Origin: Balamuthia mandrillaris
Taxonomy: Eukaryota
Assembly (NCBI GenBank): GCA_031835245.2
Contig: JAVKOQ020000023.1
Coordinates: 186,001 to 250,000, forward strand
DNA: 64,000 nucleotides
Reading direction: 5' to 3'
Shown: one piece after another, positions 54,477 through 64,000 of the stretch
How the letters are laid out: the number at the start of each line of letters is the position of its first letter
Position numbering within the stretch: position 1 is the stretch's first letter
Notes under the pieces: model-generated
Seen by the model: the letters and a program-made list of their open reading frames with translations, nothing else
Told to the model about the DNA's origin: nothing
Database searches by the model: none
Made by a program: the position numbers and the translations under genes

Positions 54477-54955
54477 ATGAATACCAGACCTCCAATGGAT
54501 TGGCAAAAAAAAAAAAAACCCCAGTGATGGTCTCTCGCAAAGAATATCAATCAAATCAAATAAAACAAAAAAAAGTGATTCTCTTTTTTTTTTTGTAAAA
54601 AAAACCTTCTCTTTCTTTCTCTGCTTACTTTTCTCTCTCTTTCTCCGCCCATAAATATCTATATATTCATAACGAAAAAAACGTAAAAAATCCACCGACC
54701 AGAAAGACAGCATCAAACCCCGTCCCTGAGGATGTCCAACCGTTTGGGGCGCCCTCCGGTGGACATCGGGGGGACGGTGTCGCCATTAAAGGGAACGAAA
54801 TTCCGCCGAATTATTGCTTTTTGAGGGGTCGAATTTGCGGACTTGGATAAAAAAAAACCAGAATACGAAGAAGAGAGAGAAGAAACCAAAAAAGTTTGAG
54901 CCATTCGAATTTGTCTTTGTTAATCTTTTTTTTATGTTTGTTTGTTGTGTAGAGA

Positions 54956-56934
54956 ATGGTACCATGCCTGTGTTTTTTTTTTTTTTGTTTTTGTGGTTCG
55001 CTTAAAAAACAAACACTTTGATTAACACAAACAAAAAAAAGCTCTCCTTCTCAGACAAAAGTTTGCGGCTGCAAAAGCAGGTGAAAGCCTTCATGGAGGA
55101 ACATGTCTTTCCCAGTGAGAAGGTTTATGAAGAACAGCTAGACAGCGGTCTCTCTCGCTGGACCGTCCCTCCCATCATGGAAGAGTTGAAAGCCAAAGCC
55201 AAGGTATGCCTACCACCATTTTCGGTTTCTTCTTCTCTCTTTCTGTTCTGCACTCTTCATCTTCTCGTTCTCCTCTCTGTTCTTTGCTCTGTCCTCTGCT
55301 TCTTTCATTCTCTTCATTTCTCGTCTCTTCTCTCATTCTCGCGTGCTCTCTGCTCTCTGCTCTGCGTTCGGTTCTCGTGTTCACTCGTATTGCTCGTTCG
55401 CTGCTCCTCTTTTGTCTCTTCTCTCATTCTTATTCTTTTCATATATTCAAAACGAGACAGGCAGCAGGACTATGGAACCTCTTCCTGCCGGACTCCATTC
55501 ACGGCGCAGGTCTCAGCAACTTTGACTACGCCCCACTGGCAGAGCTGATGGGCCGCTCCTTCATCGGCCCCGAGGTGTTCAACTGCTCCGCTCCCGACAC
55601 CGGCAACATGGAAGTGCTGGTTCGCTATGGCACGCCCGAGCAGCAAGAGAAATGGTTGAAGCCATTGCTGGCTGGCGAGATACGCTCTTGTTTTGGCATG
55701 ACAGAACCTGAAGTGGTTCGTAGCCCTTTCGAGAAACGAAGCGAAACGGGAGAATAATTTGTGGTTTGTGTTTTTTTGTGATGGAAAGGCGTCTTCAGAT
55801 GCGACAAATATAAGAGCCAGCATACAGCGTGAAGGCGACGAATATGTTATCAACGGACGCAAATGGTGGAGCTCTGGTCTCTTCTCTCTTCTCATTTCTT
55901 TGCTTTTCTCTCGAAACCCTTTGGTTTAAGATACTAACCCTTTGATTGTTCCTTTTATATAATGAAGGAGCGGGTGATCCTCGTTGTAAACTTATTATAC
56001 TGATGGGCAAGACTTCCACTACAGGCGATATTCACAAACAACAGTCGATGATCCTTGTCCCTATGGATGCACCCGGCGTTAAAATTCTTCGCCACCTTTC
56101 AGTGTTTGGCTATGACGATGCTCCTCATGGTCACATGGAAATAGAGTTCAAAGTACTCCCTCATCTCTGTCTCTCTGTCTCTCTCTGTCTCTCTCTCTGT
56201 CTCTCTCTCTCTGTCTCTCTCTGTCTCTCTCTCTGTCTCTCTCTCTGTCTCTCTCTGTCTCTCTCTCCTGCTTTCCGTGCGCTTTTTCTTTTCATTGACA
56301 AATGCAAATCATAAATTTTAAAAAAAAGAACGTAAGAGTACCTGCCAGCAACATTCTCTTGGGCGAAGGTAGAGGCTTCGAGATAGCACAAGGTCGTCTC
56401 GGCCCCGGCCGCATTCACCACTGCATGCGCAGCATCGGTCTGGCCGAACGCTGCCTTGAGGCCCTTTGCGATCGCGTAATGAGCCGCACCGCCTTTGGCA
56501 AGCTCCTGGCTCAACAAGGAACCATCCTCCAGGACATTGCCCTCTCTCGCCAGGAGATAGACCAAGCTCGTCTGCTCACGTTGAAAGCGGCTCATTTGAT
56601 GGATACGGTCGGCAACAAAGTAGCCAGAGACTACATTGCGATGATCAAGGTGGTAGCTCCAAACATGGCCTGCCGCGTGGCGGATAGGGCTATTCAGGCG
56701 CATGGAGGAGCTGGCGTTTGTCAAGACTTTTTCTTGGCGCGGGCTTATGCTGGTCTTCGCACGTTACGAATTGCTGGTAACCTTTTTCTCCCCTCTTCTT
56801 TACGTTGTCTCCTTCGTCAGCAAGCAACCTTTTCTTTTTAACGTTTTCCATTTTTCAAAGACGGACCGGATGAAGTGCATCTTAGAACAGTGGCACTGTT
56901 GGAGTTGAGAAAGAGAAAGAACGCAAAGCTTTGA
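54956..56934 (+). CDS. Peroxisomal acyl-CoA dehydrogenase (ACAD10/11 ACAD-domain type)
   Basis: [58 protein letters not shown]-terminal PTS1 AKL. Confidence 0.9.
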
Positions 56935-56972
56935 AAGAGAATCATTTGTACTAGAACGTTATAGACAGAAGC

Positions 56973-58661
56973 TCAGGCTTTGGTGGTCTTCTTTTTCTTT
57001 TGCTTCTCTTCTTCCTCTTCCTCTTCCTCCTCCTCTTCCTCTTCCTCTGCGCCTTTTTCCTTTTTCTCCTTATTCTTTTCTTCTTCACGTTTTCTCTTCT
57101 CTCCTCCTTCCTCTTTCTCCTTCGTCATCACTGCTTTCAGGTCGATGCATCTGTTCCTCTCCTCAGAGCCCCACCCCGGAATGGTTACCAGTATGGCAAC
57201 CGCTTGGTAGTCGTTCTCCAAGTGACCGGGCTCGTTGCCGTAGACGACTCTCTTCGCAGCAAACTCCGCCCATGCCGACCTGCGCACCTTGTTCACCCAA
57301 GTCACTCTGCCGTTATCATCAGGAATGGTATGTATCACTATGTCCCGTTCGTCGTGGCTGTCGATGTGGGGCTCGTAAAAATGGGCCAAAAGAGAGTAAG
57401 CTCCTTTAGTTGGGGTGAAGTTCTCCTCATCCTCCTCTTTCTTGCTGTCTCCTCCCTTTTTCGCTTTCTCTCTGGCCAACTCTTTCCTCATTTCATCGTT
57501 GTCATAGACAGGGGCCACCTTGACTGACAGGCCCAATACCGAGGCGATGGCGAAGAGCACGGCATCAGCTCCTTTCAGAATGGAAGCCATTCTCTTGTTG
57601 TAGAGATGCCATGTGTGAGGATACAAGTGCTGACAGGCAAAGCCCAACATCCCTCCATCTTTCATGAAGGCAGCACAGCTCAGCGCCTCCAAGAAGCTGT
57701 TGCGAAGAGGCAGAGGCACCATCTCTGTCAAGAAGGAGAACCTTCCTTGGTCCTTTAGGTCATCCCACGGATTCTCTGCGGGGTGCCTGTACTTTTGCAT
57801 GTGTTTGTCTTTGTTTTGTTTGTCACACTCACTTCCAAGATAGCATTCCGGCTTGTCCTGTGGTTTGTCCCATGTGGCCTTGTTTGCGTCGTCCTTCTCA
57901 ATCGCATAAAGGTTGTAGGTGATGGTGACCCGATGGCCATCCGTGACAGGGAGGATCTCGTGCTCACAGTCTGAGTAAAACGCTGCCCATCGCATTTGGT
58001 TTGGGGCTTCTGCCGTCGAACTCCAATCCACCACCACTTGGTCTTGTCTCGAGCCAGAAGAAGCTGAAGAGGAGGAGGAGGAAGAGGAGGAAGAAGCTGC
58101 AGAAGAAAGGGGATGGTGAACAATGAGCTCACCACCAGAGAACACGGTGGGCAGGCAGACCACCAAAGAGCCAAACATGTCAGGGGAGCGAGGGGTGTCC
58201 ACATGGCTCTTGAACCGTCCCCCTGGCCCGTACACATTCAGCTTGTAAGTCTCCAGGCGGATGGCCCTGGCCTCCGGCATCATGGCTCGATGGATGTCCT
58301 CTGCGATGAGCGCTTCGCAAGGGTGGAAGTCCAGAGCAAAGTGAGAGGCATCCAATTTGAGGGCGTCTCGGTAGTCCTTGTCCAGCACCTCCTCCCTCCC
58401 TCTTCCAAACGTCGCTTTGGAACAAGCTGTTAGCAGAGGTTTCAGTTCTTGTTGTTGCTCTGCCGACTCAACAGGGAAAGTTGCGACGTGGGGTTGAGAG
58501 GTGGAGTCTCGAAAGTAGAGGTGGAGGCGGTCATTCGGGAGGTTGACGGCGCCAGTGCAGCAGAAGCGAGCCTGGATGCTGGCTGCCATTGTGGCCAGCG
58601 TCGAGAGCAAGACATTCTCAGCAAGCGTGCTGAGGGTAGGCAGTTCTTCCGCTCCTTCCAT
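56973..58661 (-). CDS. Intronless 2OG-Fe(II) oxygenase with PBZ-like zinc finger
   Basis: KLNVYGPGGRFKSHVDT, GSLVVCLP...GGEL, WAAFYSDCEHE..PV..GHR.T.TYNL. Confidence 0.85.
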   Translation of the reverse strand: MEGAEELPTLSTLAENVLLSTLATMAASIQARFCCTGAVNLPNDRLHLYFRDSTSQPHVATFPVESAEQQQELKPLLTACSKATFGRGREEVLDKDYRDALKLDASHFALDFHPCEALIAEDIHRAMMPEARAIRLETYKLNVYGPGGRFKSHVDTPRSPDMFGSLVVCLPTVFSGGELIVHHPLSSAASSSSSSSSSSASSGSRQDQVVVDWSSTAEAPNQMRWAAFYSDCEHEILPVTDGHRVTITYNLYAIEKDDANKATWDKPQDKPECYLGSECDKQNKDKHMQKYRHPAENPWDDLKDQGRFSFLTEMVPLPLRNSFLEALSCAAFMKDGGMLGFACQHLYPHTWHLYNKRMASILKGADAVLFAIASVLGLSVKVAPVYDNDEMRKELAREKAKKGGDSKKEEDEENFTPTKGAYSLLAHFYEPHIDSHDERDIVIHTIPDDNGRVTWVNKVRRSAWAEFAAKRVVYGNEPGHLENDYQAVAILVTIPGWGSEERNRCIDLKAVMTKEKEEGGEKRKREEEKNKEKKEKGAEEEEEEEEEEEEEEKQKKKKTTKA

Positions 58662-58900
58662 GGTTGGTTGCTTTGGCCGCTGCTTTGTAGGTTGGTTTTA
58701 GCCAGGAAGAAAACCCTTGTTTTTTGTCTTCTAAGTTTTAAATTAATATAATAGAAAACTTTTTGGATTTCGAGGAATATTTTAGCAATCGGTTCGACTC
58801 CCAACGTAGGACCTTTGTTTTTTTAAAAAAATAATAAATAAATAAAAAAATAAATAAAAAATAAAAAATAAAAATGAAACCGGATTTTTATTTTGTTGCT

Positions 58901-60454
58901 TTAGAGGAGCTCCTCGTCGCTCTCTTCCTGGTCGCTGGCGACGGGCAGCTTGGTCAACACCCTCTTGATGTAGTCCGTCAGCTCCTTGGCCTCCTTCTTG
59001 TCCACGCCGCCGGAGACGTAGCTCTGCACCAGCTCGGCGCTTTCCTTCTCGCCCGCCGGGATCCGGAGCACGTGGAGAAGCGCCCTTTCCGCGGCCAATT
59101 TGACGGGCAGGGAGGAGCGATCCTTCACTCGGATCATCAGCGGGGGGATCACCAGAGAGACAAGAGTGGACATCGTCTCTGGGAAGGCTTTTGCCACCCT
59201 CTATTGGTTTTGTTGTAAAAAAAAAAAGAAGAGAAGAAAAAAAAAAAGCTTAAACATCACTGAATAAACAAAACGAAAAGGTGAAACGGAAAGGAACCTT
59301 GATGGCATTGATGGAGGTGCTCTTGACTTCGTTGATGGGATCGCCGCTGGCCTTGGCGAGGAGGGGCATGTACTCCTCCACTGCAGCGCGGAAGATTGGG
59401 GAATGCTGCCCCTCATGCTTACCGCTTCGTAGAATGAGCTTGGCGCTGCATTCCAACGCTGTTCGCTTTATGTTAACCTGCACAGACAAAGAGTTTCGGT
59501 CAATATAGGCAACAACAAAAAAGCAAGCGAGAAAAGGAGAGGGGATGAGGGTTTTGAATAAGCCTCCGTGGTAGTGACAAAGAAACGAAATATCATCATT
59601 ACATCGTAAATCATGTCCTTCTTTTTCATCATTGACAAAATAAAACAAAAAAGAAAAAAGAAAAACGAAAGCAAAGAATAAGAAAAAAGCACAAACCTTA
59701 TCTTCTCTCAAACAAACGCGAACTTGCGCGTTAATAAGATGGTAGAGCTCCTCGTTGGCGACCAACCTGTCGAAGGCGTATCGAATGAGGTACAACACCG
59801 TCAGGATGTAGCTATGACGGAGCTTCCACTCCAACACACCTTCCAGAGAGAGCTCCGTTCGGACGAGGTTTTCAAAGAGACTGTCGGTTGTGTATTTACC
59901 GTAGGCTGCCAAAGAACGAGCAACCACGTCCCTTACGTTTTCTGCATTGGTTTTTTTTGTTTAAAATAAGGAAAGAGTCAAACAAACACAAAGAAATAGT
60001 CAGACAAGAGACTGCCGCAAAAAATTTACCTTCTTCATCGCCCAACAAGTCCAAAAGAGTGATGCCAGCTTTGTTAAGAACGGATTCGTTGATCTTGTCT
60101 CCAGCCGAAAGGAGGACGCTCTGCAGCGCCTTCAGCGTGGCCAGCTGCACTCCGCCTTTGTTCTCGCTGATGCCGGCCAAAAGGTCGGTCACCAGAGGGT
60201 CCACTCTTGTGTGCATTCCCATCAACTTGCCCAACGCTGATGCTGCTTCATCTCTGACCTCCTGGAAATATTAATGCAGAAAAATGGAAATAGAAAAGAG
60301 TGTTTAAGAAAGGAACACAAAATAAGAGGAAAGAAAAGAAATTAAGATAAAAGTAAAAGGGATCAGTTTTAAAAAGCTCGTTTCGTGAATCAACACCATT
60401 TTTCAGCGTGGAGTGATTATTTGTTTTGTTCATCATTCAAAAAAAAAAACTCAC

Positions 60455-60490
<36 letters not shown>

Positions 60491-63348
60491 CATACACAAA
60501 AACAATGAAGGGAAGAAGAAAAAACAAAAAAAAAACGTACGGCAGATGAATCATTAAGAGCACGGACAAACGTGGTCTGCAGCTGCGGCAAGAACGGCTT
60601 CAACATGACACCTCCTCTCGTCAACAACAGGCTGAGCGTCTTCAGGATAGCCGACTTGACGTTTCCAGGGAAGCGATCCGCTACGATACGGATCAGCGGA
60701 CCGGTGATCTTCACCACGTAGGGCTTCAAGGCGTCCATGGAGGTCAGCAGGATGACATCACCCAGGGCAGAGGCGCTGCTGGCTCTGACATCAGCGCTGC
60801 CGTACATAAGACCTTGCAGGAGAATGGGGAGCACCGAGTCCAGGCCTTTCTTCAGACAGAAACCTGGCAAGTAGTCTTTGCCCTCCTTGCGGAGGTCTTC
60901 CTCCACGTATCCCAAGTACTTGCGTATGTCCTCCACGTGGTTTGGCTGTACTTTCTTATCGATCGACTGCATTTGCTGATTAGTACTCTTGAGGAAGAAG
61001 GGTAAGGAAAAAAGAAGCAAGAACGCACGTTGGTAAGTTTGCCAAGAGCTTCGGCCGCGCTGGTTTGCACTTCAACGGAGGGATCGTTCATCATGGTGAG
61101 CAACGTTTTGATTTCGATGGGAATGAACGAGGCTATATCTTGTCCACTTTCAGCACAATAACTGCCAATAAGCTCCGCTGCGCCACTGCGGTAACTCTCC
61201 TGTGACACATTATTTCAAAAATTAGACACCAATAAAGGAAAAATACAGAATAAAATAACAAAAAAGCGAAACTACCTGTGGATCAGTGGCCAGTTTGTTA
61301 AGGTCAGAGAAGAGTAAATGCATGCCATCTTTTTTGACGCACAAGCACACTTGCTTGGCTGAGTGCAGAGCCTCCGCCTTGGCGGCCTCTTGCTCCGGCT
61401 CGCTGAGGTTCTCCAGGCCTGCTCCTGACATGGCGTTAAGCAGAGCTGGCAACACCAGAGACAGATGTTGGTAGAGCGCTGAGCCTGAAACCTCTGCCAA
61501 GGAGCTGAGCGCCTTGGCATTGAATGGCCTGCAAGGAAGAAAACAAGATGAGTGAAAGGATCGCTCGACAACAAACACTAAGGAAAAGGTACGTGATGGG
61601 AGGTCGAGTGAGCTTGGGCAGCAGGAAGGGAAGTATTATTTGAGCACGCAGAGTGAGAATTTGACGCAGGCCATCCAAAGCATAGTCGGAAAGCTCGTCG
61701 TTCTAGATTGAACATAAAGAGATTAAGGATTAGTGGCGAGCCATTGATTATTCATTTGTGACTATATTACCTCCAAGGCGTTGATGAGGCCAGGCAAGAT
61801 TTCGTCGATGGCCCGTCCGCCAACACTACTGTACAACCGGTCAAATGCCTTCGCTGCCGCTTCTCGCACTTCTTCAAGCCTGTTTGTTTTCCGTTAATAG
61901 TGTTGGGTGAGAGGAGGTGGAGAGAGAACAGGAGAGAAAGCCTAGAGAGGGGGGCAGATCGTAACTCGTCACACAGAGCCTTCTGAACGGAAGGCAACAG
62001 GATGGGCAGGTAATTAACAAGATCGGTGGGGGTAGCGGAGGCAGTAACCTCGCTGAGACCCAGGCACACTCCTTGCCTTGTGTTTGCATCGCCAGTCGCC
62101 AAGCCCTATGACAGAAGACGCAAGAGAAAATAAAATAAGGAAAAATAAATAAAGCAAAAGAACGAATTTGCGTTGATTGAAAAAATAACCTTCTCAAGCG
62201 TGGGAATGATTTCGGGCAGCACGCGGTCTCCAAGTTTCCCAACCAAATCTCCCAATGTCTTTCCAGCCACTGAATGCATGTTAGTTTGTTTTCAAAGAAT
62301 AAAATAAAATAAAATAAAAAACATGTACATTGACGTCTCTCTGTGTTGGTATTGCCCAAACTTTGGATGATGTTTTGCATCAGTTCGGGAATAATTTGAC
62401 GCAGGGTGGCTGGAGTGTTGTCGACAACGGTCTTCCACACCATGAGGGCGCGTTGTCGCACTGTTTGGGTGGAATCTGCACGAAGCATATAAAGGCGGGA
62501 CAAGATTTGTCCTCTCTGTTTCTTAGTCAGCGCTCGCGATAATACTGTTTGGAAAATTAGGTTGGTCAAATTCATACGGAGTAAAGAAATGACGATAGAA
62601 AAGAAAAGATACCTTTAGTAGATCCCTCTTCACCCTTACTCATTATGTGGAAGAGCAAGTCTCCCAGAAGCATCACAGAGGATTGACGAATGCGCCAGTT
62701 GATGTGGAACAAACCATCCAACAGAGAAGGAAGCATAATGTCCAACGCCTCCGTCGCGTATTGGGTAACGATGGATTGACCAGCCCTCATAGCCACATCT
62801 CGTACCATTTCTGCCCAAATGAAAGAGAAAAGAATTAGGATGAAAATGAGAAAAAGCAACGCCAAGCACCGATAATAAAGCAAGCCACTAACCAGTTTCA
62901 TCAGCAAGACCTTGCAAAATGGCTGGAAGAACTTCGCCCAGGTAAGACTCGAATTGCTCACCCAAAGCACCAGGCAGATAAACAAACAGACTGATAAAGC
63001 CCTCACGCACATGGGGTCTAGCGTCATCGATGCCTTTCTGAATGCTGGGCATGAGCTCATCGAACTTGCTCTCATCAGAACCAGCCAACACCTCGCTCAA
63101 CGCCTGAGCTGCACCAGAACGTTCCACAGTACCGGCATCCGATTCCATCGTTTGCAGCAGCCAAGGAATGAGGTCCTTGAAGTGCTCCTCGCCAATGCCC
63201 TGCACCAAAGTGCCCAAGGCTTTCGCGGCCACTGCTCGTACGTCGGGTATGGGATCGCAGACAATGGCTTTGAGGTTGGGCACCAACACCTCCAGGTAAG
63301 GGATAAGGTCCTTTTGTTCCGTCAACGAGCACATGTTGCCTACAATCT

Positions 63349-63383
<35 letters not shown>

Positions 63384-64000
63384 GATGAGATAAAAGCATG
63401 ATATATTGAATGAAAGCAAAAAAAGAGTTTACCTGTGCTGACTTCTTTTTTACTTCAGTCTTGCGGTCGCTAAGACCCCTAGTAAGGACAGGCATGACAA
63501 GTGCGAGAGAGGGCACATCGATCACGTGAATAAAGGATGTGCCCAACAGAGCGTCAAGAGCAGGTATGGTGCCAGTATCCGGATTGTAGATGGCTTGCAG
63601 CAAGATTGGAATAAGTCCTTGGATTTCTGGATTCTGAATCACTGATCCAATGTTCTATGTTTGGTTTGGGGGGGGGGGGACAAAATTAAGAAATAAACAA
63701 AAAAAAAAGAAGGAAGGAAGCAAGAAAGAAAGAAAACGCACATCCAGTGCCGTTCGAGCAGCTTCTACAACTTTAGCATGGGTGTCGGTAAGAACAGTGC
63801 TCAATTTAGGGACAATAGTAGGTAAACAGGAAGATAACTGCTTAGGATTACAGAACGCCATTGTGCCCAACAACTCCACGCTTGCCTAGAATGAAAAGCA
63901 AGCAAGTCAACCTACATAGAAAAAACGCTAAGGGGAAAAAGATAGAGCAAAGACGATACCATTTTGGTTCGCCAGCTTTGAGAGCGATCATCCAAAGCTT
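58901..64000 (-). CDS. GCN1: GCN1 translational activator (HEAT repeats), 3' portion; gene continues beyond the window
   Basis: [91 protein letters not shown]. Confidence 0.95.
59560..59637 (-). ncRNA. Intronic box C/D snoRNA, SNORD70-like (18S Am512 human equivalent), variant D box CGGA
   Basis: C box ATGATGA (59632-59626), internal ATGA and ATGATGA; guide TTGTCACTACC complementary to 18S GGUAGUGAC; ends GTCACTACCA-CGGA versus GTCACTACCA-CTGA recalled for SNORD70. Confidence 0.7.
60359..60441 (-). ncRNA. Intronic box C/D snoRNA, SNORD36/snR47-like, copy 2
   Basis: Reverse complement gaATGATGAacaaaacaaataatcactccacgCTGAaaaatggtgttgattcacgaaacgagctttttaaaaCTGAtc in GCN1 intron 60262-60540; near-identical to copy 1. 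Confidence 0.88.

Noticed and set aside
58791..58815. GGTTCGACTCC...GTAGGACCT resembling a tRNA T-loop/B-box and 3' end
   Set aside because: No A-box, D arm, anticodon arm or acceptor-stem partner upstream, and the T-stem does not pair; not callable as a tRNA

Overview
Gene-dense eukaryotic chromosomal DNA with short GT-AG introns full of simple repeats. The gene content and intron style suggest a free-living amoebozoan such as Balamuthia or Acanthamoeba, which is inference only. About 21 protein-coding genes are recognisable: an M60-type metallopeptidase, two PQQ-like beta-propeller paralogs flanking an SH3-RPEL-CRIB-STE20 kinase, two intronless 2OG-Fe(II) oxygenases, MED17, a very large GATA-finger protein, a divergent eIF2-gamma, two small membrane proteins, a DH-PH RhoGEF, a glyoxalase/VOC protein, RPS29, GPCPD1, FNTB, ZNF277, a RING protein, a Rab5-family GTPase, a peroxisomal acyl-CoA dehydrogenase and the 3' part of GCN1. 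Several signals lie outside the ORF track. (1) The eIF2-gamma leader has a short uORF followed by a long overlapping out-of-frame ORF, an ATF4/GCN4-like arrangement, although an assembly indel is a live alternative. (2) Near-identical box C/D snoRNAs (SNORD36/snR47-like, each with a second conserved guide of unassigned target) sit in introns of both eIF2-gamma and GCN1. (3) A SNORD70-like snoRNA with a variant D box sits in another GCN1 intron. (4) There are several unusual domain fusions. Exon structures were read by eye and gene spans include introns.
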